Shown: positions 11,433 to 24,240 of the stretch, one piece after another
How positions within the stretch are numbered: position 1 is the first letter of the stretch
How the letters are laid out: every line of letters begins with the position of its first letter
Source of the DNA: Octopus vulgaris
Taxonomy: Eukaryota
DNA length: 64,000 bases
Direction of reading: 5' to 3'
Assembly: GCA_951406725.2 (NCBI GenBank)
Contig: OX597831.1
Location: forward strand, 26,226,001 to 26,290,000
Notes under the pieces: model-generated
Databases searched by the model: none
What the model was told of the DNA's origin: nothing
What the model saw: only the letters and a program-made list of their open reading frames with translations
Position numbers and translations under genes: made by a program

Positions 11433-11843
11433 TTTTGTTCTTTCACTTGTTTCAGTCATTTTACTGCAGCCATACTGGAGCACCACCATTTTAGTCGAGC
11501 AAATCGACCCCAGGATTTGTTCTTTGTAATCCTTGTACATATTCTATCGGGGTCTTTTGCCAAACTGCTAAGATACGAGGATGTTAACACACCAACATCG
11601 GTTATCAAGTGATGTTGGTGGTGACAAACACAGATAAACAAACATACACACACACACACACACATGCACACATATATATACGACAGACTTCTTTCATTTC
11701 CATCTACCAAATCTACTCACAAGGCTTTGGTCAGCCTGAAGCCATAGTAGAAGACACTTGCCCAAGGAGCCAAGCAGTGGGACTGAACCCAGATCCATGT
11801 GATTAGTAAGCAAGCTACATATCACACAGCCACTCCTGCACCT
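11433..11843 (-). mobile_element. SINE family A
   Basis: Full-length reverse copy. Confidence 0.85.
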
Positions 11844-12214
11844 AGAATTGTGTGTGTGTGTGTGTGTGAGAGTGTGTGAGTGTGTGTGAGAGAGAGTGTA
11901 TGTGTTTGTGTGCATGTAAAAACTTATAATTTAGTGTGTATATACATATACATATATATATATATATAGGTACATATGTGTGTGTGTTTTTGTGTGTATA
12001 AATATATATATATATATATTTATATATGCACACACACACACATATATTTATATATATCTATAGATGTTTAATGATAAGTGTAAATATTTAAACAATGTGT
12101 CCGATTTATTACATATTGATTTCGTATATCAACCCAAACTTTATTCACAGTTACTGAAAACTTTTCCAGCATGGCCTGTCCAAATCCATGCTGTATAGTA
12201 ATCAATTACAAGCA

Positions 12215-12431
12215 AAATCGTTAGCATGCTGGGTGAAATGCTTAGCTGTATTTCATCTGCCACTGCATTCTGAGTTCAAATTCCACCAAGGTTGACTTTG
12301 CCTTTCATCCTTTTGGGGTCAATAAATTAAGTGCCAGTTAGACACTGGGGTCGATGGTATCAACTGATCCCCTCTGCCAAAATTTCAGACTTTGTGTCTA
12401 AATTAGAAAAAATTATTATTATCATCATTAT

Positions 12432-12463
<32 letters not shown>

Positions 12464-12478
12464 TTGTTATTGTTATTA

Positions 12479-12512
<34 letters not shown>

Positions 12513-12943
12513 AGCAGTGAGCTGGCATAATCATTAACATGCCAGGCAAAATGCTAAGCGGCATTTCATCTATCTTTACGTTCTGAGTTCAAATTCTGCA
12601 AAGGTTGACTTTGCCGTTCTTCCTTTTTGGAGTTCATAAAATAGGCATCCGTTTAACACTGACATCGATGCAATTGACTAGTACCCTCCACCAAAATTTC
12701 AGGATCTTTAGTAGAAAGAGTTATTAAATGTGGCAAGCTGGCAGAATCGTTAGCATGCCAGGCAAAATGTTTTGTGGCATTTCATCCAACTTTTACATGC
12801 TGGGTTCAAATTCTGCGAAGATTGACTTTGCCTTTCATCCTTTCGGGGGTCGATAAATTAAGTTCCAGCCGAGTACTGGGGTCGATGTAATCAACTATCT
12901 CCCTACCTTCAAATTTCAGGCCTTGTGCCTATAGTAGACAGAA

Positions 12944-13007
<64 letters not shown>

Positions 13008-13080
13008 CATTATTATTATTATTATTTAGCATCCACCACCAAAAATTTCAGGCCTTGAGCCTACAAGAGAGAGGATTATT
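12215..13080 (+). mobile_element. Head-to-tail array of SINE family B (3 copies plus fragment) separated by (ATT)n
   Basis: Repeated gagttcaaattc..gactttgcctttcatcctttcggggtcgataaattaag..gccttgtgcctatagtaga; central part resembles the Meta/Sauria-type SINE domain. Confidence 0.85.
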
Positions 13081-13450
13081 ATTATTATCATTATTTATTT
13101 TTGTTTCACTTGAAATCAGATCATTAGTTAGTTAATCAGATTGTATAATTTGAGTTAGTATTAGTCCTTTAATTAATTTGGCCAGACAAGGCATTGAACT
13201 GAGTATTACTTCTCTGCCTCCCTCCTACATTAACCAGATTATCTATTTACATGTCTTCTGTTCCATCCTCTGTTCTTCCACAGGACTGTTTTTGTTTTCC
13301 ATTCCACGATATAGTTATCCTTATTCCTACATCAACCACATCAGCTACGTTATCTACTACCACCACTGCTGCTGCTGGCTGGCTGGCTGGCTATCTAGTT
13401 TAGCGATGCTTCTCACACTACCTGCAACACAACATACATAATGAAATCAA

Positions 13451-13489
<39 letters not shown>

Positions 13490-13650
13490 GTGTGTGTGTG
13501 CACACTTAGAGCTATATGTGTGTGATGCTCTTTCTTTTACAAAGCTCTTCTACCAAACACTACAACTTCTTTACTGCTATTAAAACCTTCCAACTGTGAG
13601 GTTGCTCTAACAGCCTAGGTAGCTACATCTATACATACATATATACATAT

Positions 13651-13770
<120 letters not shown>

Positions 13771-15974
13771 GTATATATGCACTCACACATTTGCATGTGC
13801 ACACATACACTTTGTGCAATTATTAGAGTCGAAATTGGAAACTAAACGGAAGGTATTAGAAAGAATTTTAGACTAAGAAGAGATAATATTGTCTAAGAAC
13901 ACTCCTGAGAATGAAGAACAGACTATAAAATTGATAGCCCACCTGAAGTTTCTCATTGTTTACTCTTACTTTGATTTCTCCTTTTTAACTTTACGGAAGA
14001 AATATTAGATGAAAGCAAACTTAGAAATTTTGAAATATTCCAAGTATATCATATATGTTGTATCATTTCTAAAGGAAACATAAATAACAGCCACACGCAG
14101 CAAATGATGGAAATAATAGCTTGGTAGAGTGAAAATTACTCATGAAATATTTATTGATGAGTGAAAGAAGATTTCAAACTGAAATAATCCAAGCAGTGTG
14201 CCAACTGAACATGTGTTACCTGTCTTTTACGAGTTGTTCAAACTGCTACTAAAATTTTCCACTTGGTTACGGTTTTCTTATGTCATGCATAACTTTCTGA
14301 AGAGACAACACACTGCGAAACATGTGCATGCACTTACACACACACATATCCACAATTTGAATTCTGAAAAAAAAAAAAATATATATATATATATATAAAT
14401 GAATTTCAAAAATATATCTATCAATTGAAGAATACATTTGTTGTTACCAGCTGTTAGGACTCTAGATCAGTAAAATTACTGCAACTCCACACTGGAACTT
14501 TCAATATATTCTTGCCACCTGTGTAGCTTTTGTAATATTCTTTGAATAGCCCCACTCCACATATGTGTAGAAATATATAATAGATGCATTAAATACTATT
14601 ATATATACATAAATGTACATATGTTTAATTATCAATGCATAATATTTATATCATGTATAGACATGTTTTAATGATTATATCAATATAATACACATACGCT
14701 CTATTCCAATAATTGGTATACGATTGACTGGGCATCTAAATCCTTGCACAATATAAGTTAGTAAAATATCAATATATAAATATACATATATTTATACACA
14801 CACATGCACATACACACACATTAATACATATAGTTGTATGCATATATATACATACAGATAAATATTTATAGATATAATAAATAAATATTTATATTTACAT
14901 ATATATAGGTGTGTATATAGATATATATAAAATGAGTTCAAATGTGGGTACTTTCACTTAAAATCTTAGTTTATTTCCAAGCATATTTTTACAAATATTT
15001 TTACTAAGTATTTACCTTTGTGTCATGTTGGAATTATATGTTCTCAAAACTTCATCATAAGAGATATTTCTTTGGAAAAAGAAGCATCCAGGTATTTTTT
15101 CTCTTTCTTTTTATTTTTGCATTTTTTTTAAACTTCTCAATAAAGGTGAAAATTGACACAAAAATTATACGTTTTTTATTCTGTTTTTCTTCTCATCAAT
15201 TTTTTTTTCCTTCTTTTAAATATGGTTTGTGGTTCTTCTCAGATGTTAATTGAGTGTAATTATAATCAGGTAATCCTTCAATTATAAATTCAAAGTAGAC
15301 ATGGGTCATTTTTATCTTACTCCTCATCTTATAATTCTACAAAAAATTTCTTTTTTTTCTTGCATTTATGAAATGTATTTTCTGAATGAGTTTTGTGAGA
15401 ATGAGTGAGTATGTGTGTGAGAATGTATGTATTTATGTATAAATAATGGAGAGAGAGAGAGATGGAAAGACAAAGTGTGTGAGTGAGAATGAGAGAGAGA
15501 AAGAGAAAGAGGTGAGTTTCAGTAGGAATCTGTGATAATAAACCGCATACCATTCAAGATTATTTTGCTCTGATTTCCCAAAACATAAAGTTTTGATGCC
15601 TGAGTGTACAACAATTTTGCTCATATTGTCGTTGTTGTCAGTGCTTTCCTTAATAAGTTCATACGCCAACAGCTGTTAATACCTTAACTACAAGAGTCTA
15701 AGAAGTGATCCCGAATCATCAGCGCTCCCACTTCACATACACAGTTTGTTTCGCATGCCACTTCTGCTGAGCGTGTTTCTGTCAATACCACTGCTACCGT
15801 CACTACAACCACCACCACCATCGCCACCAGCATCACCACCACCACCACCACCACAACCACCGCCGCCCCAACCACCATCACCACTACCGCCGCTGCTTCT
15901 GCTGTTGCTGCTGTTGTTGTGATATTTCCCCAACCAAAATATACATCTTCGATCAGGTTTATTCTTCAACTTAC

Positions 15975-16103
15975 CTGGACTGCTTTGGCCGTCAGAAAAT
16001 ACATGGGCCAAAATATAACGACAACACTAAGAGGTGGGTTCAAAATCTTCTCATGTACATGTGCACATACAGACACATGCAGTGCATACACACACATACT
16101 CAT
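15975..16103 (-). CDS. Speculative first coding exon (MSMCVYALHVSVCAHVHEKILNPPLSVVVIFWPMYFLTAKAVQ)
   Basis: Open frame ending at a consensus donor CAG|GTAAGT in a SINE-free, CpG-retaining stretch; no homology recognised, no downstream exon found. Confidence 0.25.
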
Positions 16104-16155
16104 GTATGCATGTGCCTGTGTAAACCTATCTATATCTCAATGTGTAAATATATAA

Positions 16156-16212
<57 letters not shown>

Positions 16213-17044
16213 TAAACTGTATATGTGTGCGTGTATATATATATATACACACACATATAAAGATAAAGTGTATGTATATATATATATATATATAAATGTG
16301 TGAGTGTATATATATTAATATATAACAAATATATATAATATATGCTTGTGTAAACATATATGAGAGTAAAGTGTGTATGTATATATATATGTATGTGTAT
16401 GTATATATATGTGTGTGTGAGTGTATATATATATCTGTATGTGTTATAGATGTATATATTACACACACATATATATATACATACATACGTATATATATAT
16501 ACACACAAACACACATGTATAGACTCACTTAAATATCAATCTAGTGAGTGTAGGCTAATCTCTTGGTTATACACTTCCCATTAATAAATTTCTCTCAGTT
16601 CATTCGCCTCATCCTTCTCCTCCCCATTCTCATCACTCTATGTTTATCTCTTTCTCTGTTTTCTCATACTCTCTTTCTCTCCCTCTACTTCAATAAATTT
16701 TCAACGTTGTGTATTAGTGTGTTATTGTAAATTATCCCTAAATTGACTATTAATGGAATGCACTACACAACCACCCCAATTTACACATACCCCACAATCA
16801 ACATATACTTCTCTCAATTATGAAACATGTTCACACCTTATCTTCTCTCTTCAGCTTCGTTACTTTTGTTCCCGTCCCTTCCACCCGACCTCCAATACCT
16901 TCCAAAAAGTTTTTGCCCCCACCCTCAACCTCAGTTCTACTTTCGTTTTGGTTTTACACGATGCATCTTTGTATTTTCAATAACACTTCTGGTTCAGTCG
17001 TCAGTTTCACTGTTAGTGGGTATGGGTGTGAACACATCAGTGAA

Positions 17045-17075
<31 letters not shown>

Positions 17076-17525
17076 GTGCATGTTGTATGACTGTGTGTGT
17101 ATATTGTTAGAAATATACAGAGGCAAAGAACATGTTTTCAAGAGTGCATGTGTCTTGTACATACGAGGGTTTTTTTACAGCTTGATAGTAAGACGACGGC
17201 AAGAAACTGTATTAAATTTTACATTCATGTGTATGTATAAACCTACACATCTATATGAAAAATATATACACTGCATCTATGAATTAACACACACACATAC
17301 ATACATATATACCCACACAAGTACACATATAAATACATAAACTTCCCTATTTATAACTTTACCGTTGTTTACATAGAAAAATGTAAGCTACCATTGCCTT
17401 CAGTTTTAATGTTGAACTGCTCTGTCTGTAAGGAATATTAAAGTTACTTTCATCTGAGATAGCAATTCTGTTTGTACAACACACATCTACAAACATATAG
17501 CAATCAATGATATATATTAAAGGTA

Positions 17526-17556
<31 letters not shown>

Positions 17557-17698
17557 CATATATATACATATATACATACATTCACACACACATTTGCTCC
17601 ATATTCTTTCAACCTTAACAGAAAAAAGATTTCATTACAGTTTTTTTATGAAAATATAGCAAGCATGTTAAGTTGTTATTATACACATCTTTGTGTTT

Positions 17699-17731
<33 letters not shown>

Positions 17732-18332
17732 CACACACATATATACACACACATCTATGTATATTTAGATATCTACATTTATATATAGATAATTTCAACA
17801 TTAATAATAAAAGGGTTAAATTAATTAATTAATCAAGCTCCTATTTCTAAATTCAGAATGTGGTGAAGTAATTGGCTGACCACTAATTTTAATTATGTTT
17901 ATAATTATAGAATATATATACACACACACAAACACTCACGCACACACACACACACACACATATATATACACACATACTTTCATACATATGTGTATATATG
18001 TATAAATTATTTTAGTTCTATAACATATATATATATATATAAATCTTCATTATATAAGTAAAAAAAATACTATTCAATGAAGTACTCCAATGCACATGAT
18101 ATTGTCAAGTTTAATTACTACACTGGTTGTATGACTGAATGAACCACTGTAAGTTGCTACATATACACACGCACACAAAAACACTACACATGAACTAACA
18201 AGTTGATGCCAATGAAAATTTGAAGTTAATGTCACTCTGATAAATTACGTACATACACACATATTTCATGCAGGTATCCCTCTCTCTCTTTGGGAGAGGC
18301 ACAAGCACCTACACGCACATATACACACACGG

Positions 18333-18480
18333 CAGTAGCTTCCACCTACCGAATTCAATCACAAAGCTCCGGTCAGCTCGGGGCTATAGTGGAGACACCT
18401 ACCCAAAGTGCCACGCAGTGGGACTGAACCCGAAACCATGCAGCTAGGAAGCAAGCTCCCTAACCACACAGCCATGCCCG
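18333..18480 (-). mobile_element. SINE family A 5' part with strand-skewed transitions
   Basis: Aligns to the family A head; about 10 T>C and 7 G>A changes on plus strand versus other copies. Confidence 0.75.
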
Positions 18481-19509
18481 AACACATAGGCTTGTTTGTG
18501 TGTATTTATATATGCATACATGTGTGAATGTTTGTATGCAAATAATTAAATGCTTCTTCACTAGTTTTAGTGATGAGTGTTTTGGGGACACATGTAACCC
18601 TTAACATAAATTTTAGAAAAATGCAGCATGTCATAAATTGTGGCAAGACCGTCCCTTTAAATTCCAAGCCCAATTCCCAGTGTCTTCTTCCCAATTACAT
18701 TTATAAGGGTAATAATTAGGGTGGAGCACTACTTGAAATTACATTAAAATGTACTTTTCCGAAGATGTCACATGTGGTAGTCAAACTTAGAACAACATGA
18801 TTCTGAAGTAAACTTCTTCACCACTCAGCTATGCTGTGGCCAGGTGTGCAAACACACAATAATAAAGAGTGTACAAAAAAAAACCCCACAAAACTTCTAA
18901 TTTACCATTCTGCATTATCATTTTTTTTTTTTGTTTTGGCTAAATTGTAGTCTATATATCTGTGTAGAGGGAATATTGAAGATTTTATCATCACTTGTAA
19001 ATGTTTTCATTAATATTTGCCATTTATGATCTGTTTATAATTGCACTCGTTAAACATACATCGCAGTACATAAACAAGAGAGATAAAAAGCAAGGTGCAC
19101 TATGTAGTTTATATACTTTATAGCCATTTTTATTTTATTTATTCATTTATTTATTTATTTATTTATTTATTTATTTTGTGGTGCCAAAGGAAAAAAAAAA
19201 TTACATGAGAAGTTTTCAGCAAATTACAGAGCTGTATTTTTGATAGTGAAAAATATGGTGCAGAAAAATACATGAATGATTGTAAGATATCAGTGAAGTT
19301 TATTAAAGCTGAAACATTACATTTGTTAAGGTATATATTTCTCTTTATAGTGTGTAAAAACCACACAAATGTATTTTAACAAGTTTAGGTTTCATGCAGA
19401 ATATAATGATTTCAGTTTATGATCAGACCTTACTTTTATGACAAATGGATTTATCCTCATTAGTTAATTATCCAGAATGTGTGTAGAAGTTGATTATTTG
19501 TTTAGTTTC

Positions 19510-19697
<188 letters not shown>

Positions 19698-19913
19698 CCT
19701 TTTTACTCTAGGCACGAGGCCTAAAATTTGGTGGGTTAGGGTTAAGTCGATTATATCAACCCCAGTACTCAAATGGTACTTAATTTATCAACCCCGAAAA
19801 GATGAAGAGCAAAGATGGCCTCAGCAGGATTTGAACTCAAAGCATAGTGGCAGATGAAATGCAGCTAAGCATTTCATCCAGTAAGCAACTGATTCTGCCA
19901 GCTTGCCACATGA

Positions 19914-20240
19914 CTTCGGTCATGACTGACCATGGGATTGCACCTAGAAAGTTACCTCCCAGGCACAAGTCCAGGCAAGGGTATTTATAGAAGACCAGTA
20001 GTCGCCCATGCATCCCAGCCTCCCCTCTCCATGCTATTGATATTATCCAAGGGAAAGGCAAGGGCCGATACAGCCTGGCACCCGTGACATCGCAACTCAT
20101 TTCTACCACTGAGTGAACTAGAGCACCTTGAAATAAAGTGTCTTGCTCAAGAACACAACACACAGCCCATTCTGGGATTCGAACTCACAACCTCACAATC
20201 GTAAGCTCGACGCTCTAACCACTGTGCCATGTGCCTTCAC
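19914..20240 (-). mobile_element. SINE family C, full length
   Basis: Matches 7193-7524. Confidence 0.85.
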
Positions 20241-20884
20241 ATAATAATAAGGATAATAATAATCCTTTCTACTGGAGACACAAGTCCTTAAATTCAGTGG
20301 GAGGGGACTAGTCGATTTCATTGACCCCAGTGTCCAACTGGTGCTTAATTTATCGACCCAGAAAGGATAAAAAGCAAAGTCAACCTCAGCAGAATTTGAA
20401 CTAAGAACATAATGACAGACAAAATGCCACTAAGCATGTTACCTGCTATGTTAGCAATTCTGCCAGCTCACCGCCTTAATAATAATAATAATAACCCTTT
20501 CTATTATAGGCACAAGGCCTGAAATTGTTGGGTAGGGGTCTAGTTGATTACATCAACCCCAAAGCATAATTGACTCTTAATTAATTGACCCTGAAATGAT
20601 GAAAGGCAAAGTCGACCTCGGCAGAATTTTAACTCAGAACATAACAAAGAGTAAAATACCACTAAGCATTTTATCCAGCATGCTAACAAACCTGCCAGCT
20701 TGCCACTTTAATAATAATGATAATAATCCTTTCTACTGAAGGCACAAGACCTGAATTTTGTAGGGGAGGGGAGTTGTCAGTTACATCGAGCCCAGTGTTT
20801 TACTGCTATTTCGTTTATTGACCCAGAAAGGATCAAAGGCAAAGATGACCTCTGCAGAATTTGAACTCAGAACAACAGCCTTAA

Positions 20885-21130
20885 ACAATCCTTATTGAGG
20901 GACCTTTTGAGCGGGAGGGGCTACTCGGCCTACAGAAAATTCTAACTGGGCCCTACCTGCAAGGTCATGTGCTGTTTATCTTGATACGAGATCACCATGT
21001 CGTGCACATATAGTTGTGATGCATGTGCCTGGTGTACCCTTATCAGACGGGTAGTCATGATGGGTATACTGGGCTTCGTATATTTTACCCGAGTGTGACT
21101 TTGATGGCATGCACTGCTCTCTCACTCCAT
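20885..21130 (+). mobile_element. Retroelement 3' end with (AAT)n tail (possibly R4/Dong-type 3'UTR)
   Basis: GC-richer segment ending directly in (aat)n, interrupting a SINE B copy; family assignment is inference. Confidence 0.4.
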
Positions 21131-21809
21131 AATAATAACAATAATAATAATGATAATAAAAATAATCCTTTCTTACTAAAGGCACAAGGCCAAAATTTCA
21201 CTGGTACTTAATTTATCGACCCTGAAAGGGTGAAAGGCAAAATCAACCTTGGCGGAATTTGAACTCAGAACGTGAAGTCAGATGAAATACTGCTGAGCAT
21301 TTTGTCCTGCAATCTAATGATTCTGCCAGCTCGCCACCTTTATTATAACAACAACAATAATAATAATGGTGATGATGATGATGATGATAATAATTGAAGG
21401 ATCATCTTTGGCTTGGGGTTTGAGAAATTAAGAAGAGGAAGTGAGATCCCCTCAGCTGCCCTCCACCTTAAACTTTATTCATTCTCTTATGTTGCCTCAT
21501 ATTTTGTTCACTTCCAGTGTCTTTCCTAGTATTATTTAGTGTGTTTTTTTGAGGTTGCTTGGATCCTGTAGTTTAGTGAATATTTAACACAGTAAATGTT
21601 TCAAGTACCACAATACAGTGGGATAATTAGCATAAACTTGTAAAATTAACCACAATTTATTCATAGCCGTTAATGAATTTCAGAATATCACACTAGAAAA
21701 ACTCATTAAATTGATTCAGTATTTACCATATTCCTTTGATGCCATTAAAGTTAAATCATGTTGTTTCTTTAATCAACTTCTTGACATGTAAGATGTATGT
21801 TACCAGAAT

Positions 21810-22400
21810 ATTTATTAGTTCCAAGTTGGCCAAATTTCTTTCCAGTGTACAATTAACTTTTGCACCACATCACCTCGTATGTTTTTATTTTTCTATTTTC
21901 GTTATGTCTGACTATTTCATCAACAGCATAAACGCTTCTTCAAATTGTTTCCTTATTTCCTGAACCTTCAACACTATCATGTTCAGTCAGCCTAATAACA
22001 TTGGTGTTATTTTAGTTATTTTATATCCAGAACATTAATACCATTTCTTCATGTAATATATACATGGAAGCTTGGATGTATATCCAACATGCAGAAGAAT
22101 ATGAGAAGATATGTGAAATATAACTTGTTTAGGTCTATCTAAATAGTGTCCAATGAGGAATTTATTTTTCTTTTAGTTTACTAGAGTAAAAAATCAGTTC
22201 CTACTATGTTGACAATCACTTATGATCGGCGACAAGATGACTCTCAATCATTTCACTTATGTATATACCAGATCCTGAAATTCTTCATATCCAATCTTTT
22301 TTGTTGCGCTCTGCAAACTAGAGAAAAAATGTTATATCAGTTAAAAGTAAACCAGCAGCTTCTTTCAAATGCTTCCTTTGATTTCTTCACTGAGATTAAG
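21810..22400 (-). pseudogene. Degraded transposon-like coding remnant with chromodomain-like motif
   Basis: Minus strand VYAVDEIVRHNENRKIKTYEVMWCKS*/ERNLANLELI; upstream RISGSGIYISEMIESHLVADHK*LS; multiple stops. Confidence 0.3.
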
Positions 22401-22407
22401 ACATTTC

Positions 22408-22443
<36 letters not shown>

Positions 22444-22483
22444 AAAATTATATAATACCTGTACATCACCTCCAAACCTTCTA

Positions 22484-22519
<36 letters not shown>

Positions 22520-22521
<2 letters not shown>

Positions 22522-22769
22522 CGGAGATGTACTTGCCTAGCAAGTGACCTGATCTGAGATCGTGTGCTGGAACGAAAACAATTGCGGCATGGAAGGTGTT
22601 TATAAGCCATTTAAGAAACACACAAAAACCAGAATTTTGTCAGTGAACAGGTCGCGGTCTGAAAGCAATGAAAATATTTTGACAAATTAAAATTAAATGT
22701 TGAAGTGAATCTAACGGTTTTTGTGTGTTTCTTAAATGGCTTATAAACACCTTCCATGCTGCAATTGTA
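22520..22769. mobile_element. Penelope-type element with internal inverted repeat in (TA)n
   Basis: ~52-bp inverted repeat 22578-22630 / 22716-22769; same family as 41450-41638. Confidence 0.75.
22636..22686 (+). ncRNA. Hammerhead-like motif with G3-C8 core variant
   Basis: tttgtca-GTGAACA-G-GTCGC-ggtctgaaa-GCAAT-GAA-AATATT-T-tgacaaa. Confidence 0.6.
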
Positions 22770-22772
22770 TAT

Positions 22773-22812
<40 letters not shown>

Positions 22813-23887
22813 CAGAACATATAAAAATAACATATTATTCACTCATAGCTTCCTTGACAATCCCTTTATCAACTCTCTTAAACATATTGTTTCTCCAGAT
22901 TTCATTAACATAAACACTTTACATGAAGATGATCTTAGGTTTAGACCAACTGAGAGGCACCTTGGGTCAACTCTCCTGGGTGGAAGTGATAGACAGAAAC
23001 ATGTGTTTGCATATGTATGTTTACACACATTCACATATGCATACCTATATACAACGATATAATATAATAATAATAATAATGAAATTATTGTATACAGTGC
23101 TCAGGTGCACCACAACTTGTCAGAGTATATACAGTAATGCACAAATGTCTGGAAAGCGAACAGTGTATGAGTCAGATACATGCTTGCGTGTGTATGGAGG
23201 GGAGAAAATCAGGTGTAGTGTTGGTGAATCTCAGAAAGCATAACTAAGAATCTCCCCATACTATACCATAGATATTTGCTCATTTATTCTTCATTTATAG
23301 ATTTTTCCTTTTGCCTAGTTTTCTGTTTCCCCATCTTAAACAGATCTCTTGCTCCAGTGCCTGATGAAGCCCTCAGATGAGTGTGTGTGTGTGTTTTTGT
23401 CTAGCATTGTCTTGGACTACCAACTCCTGATGGAAGCATAAGATCACCTTGTGATATATGGCAAGTCTTTGGCAACTTTTAGACCTAAATGAACCACCCC
23501 GCACCAAGTTCAATAACAGCCAATTTCTTCCAGGAGGGGACACAGACCAAAAGAAAGAGAAGGGAAAGGAACAATGAGAATCAAATTTAGTACAGGACTG
23601 GTACTTTATTTATCAATTCTAAAATGATGGAAGGCAAAAGGAGACCTCAGCTCTATTTGAACTCAGTGAGTCGAGAGTAGAATCAATTACTTTAAGGCAA
23701 TCTCTCTATATTCTAATGACTCAGCTCATTCCCTGCCTTAATTTACCTGTGTGAATGTATGTGAGTGTGAAGTAGGGTATGAAGATATTATTTCCACTTC
23801 TTTGTATTAGATTCTTTGAGCAAAAAAAACAGTGTTGCCACATTTACATTCCTAGAGAACATTACATCCCATAGCTCTGTGCTCTTA

Positions 23888-24240
23888 TCATCATCATCGT
23901 CGTCGTCGTCGTCATCGTTTAACGTCTGTTTTCCGTGCTAGCACGAGTTGGACGGTTCGACCAGGATCTTGGGAAGCCAGGAGGCTGCACCAGGCTTCCG
24001 TCTGATCTGGCAGTGTTTCTACAGCTGGATGCCCTTCCTAACATCAACCACTTCGTGAGTGTAGTGGGTGCATTTTTACGTGCTACCGACATAGGTGCCA
24101 GGGGGGCTGGAAGCGACCATGATCGGTTGGTGCTTTTTATGTTCCACCAGCACAAGGCGGCGCTGGCATCGGCTATGTTCGAATGGTGCTTTTTACGTGC
24201 CACCAGCACAGGTATCACAACTACAATTTCCATTTGATAT
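23888..24240 (-). mobile_element. SINE family E with (GAT/GAC)n tail and internal repeats
   Basis: ttaacgtctgttttccgtgctagcacg...ctggatgcccttcctaac; repeated tggtgcttttta(c/t)gtgccacc motif. Confidence 0.8.

Larger units (their letters stand above)
19697..21340 (-). mobile_element. Array of five SINE B copies separated by (AAT)n, with nested elements
   Basis: Copies at about 19697-19910, 20260-20478, 20495-20710, 20727-20875 and 21165-21340. Confidence 0.85.

Noticed and set aside
15733-16011. Gly-rich ORF and opposite-strand Pro/Thr-rich frames
   Set aside because: Produced by a degenerate (ACC)n tract; no recognisable domain
23360-23450. CTGATGA hammerhead-like start
   Set aside because: No matching helix II or GAAA box downstream
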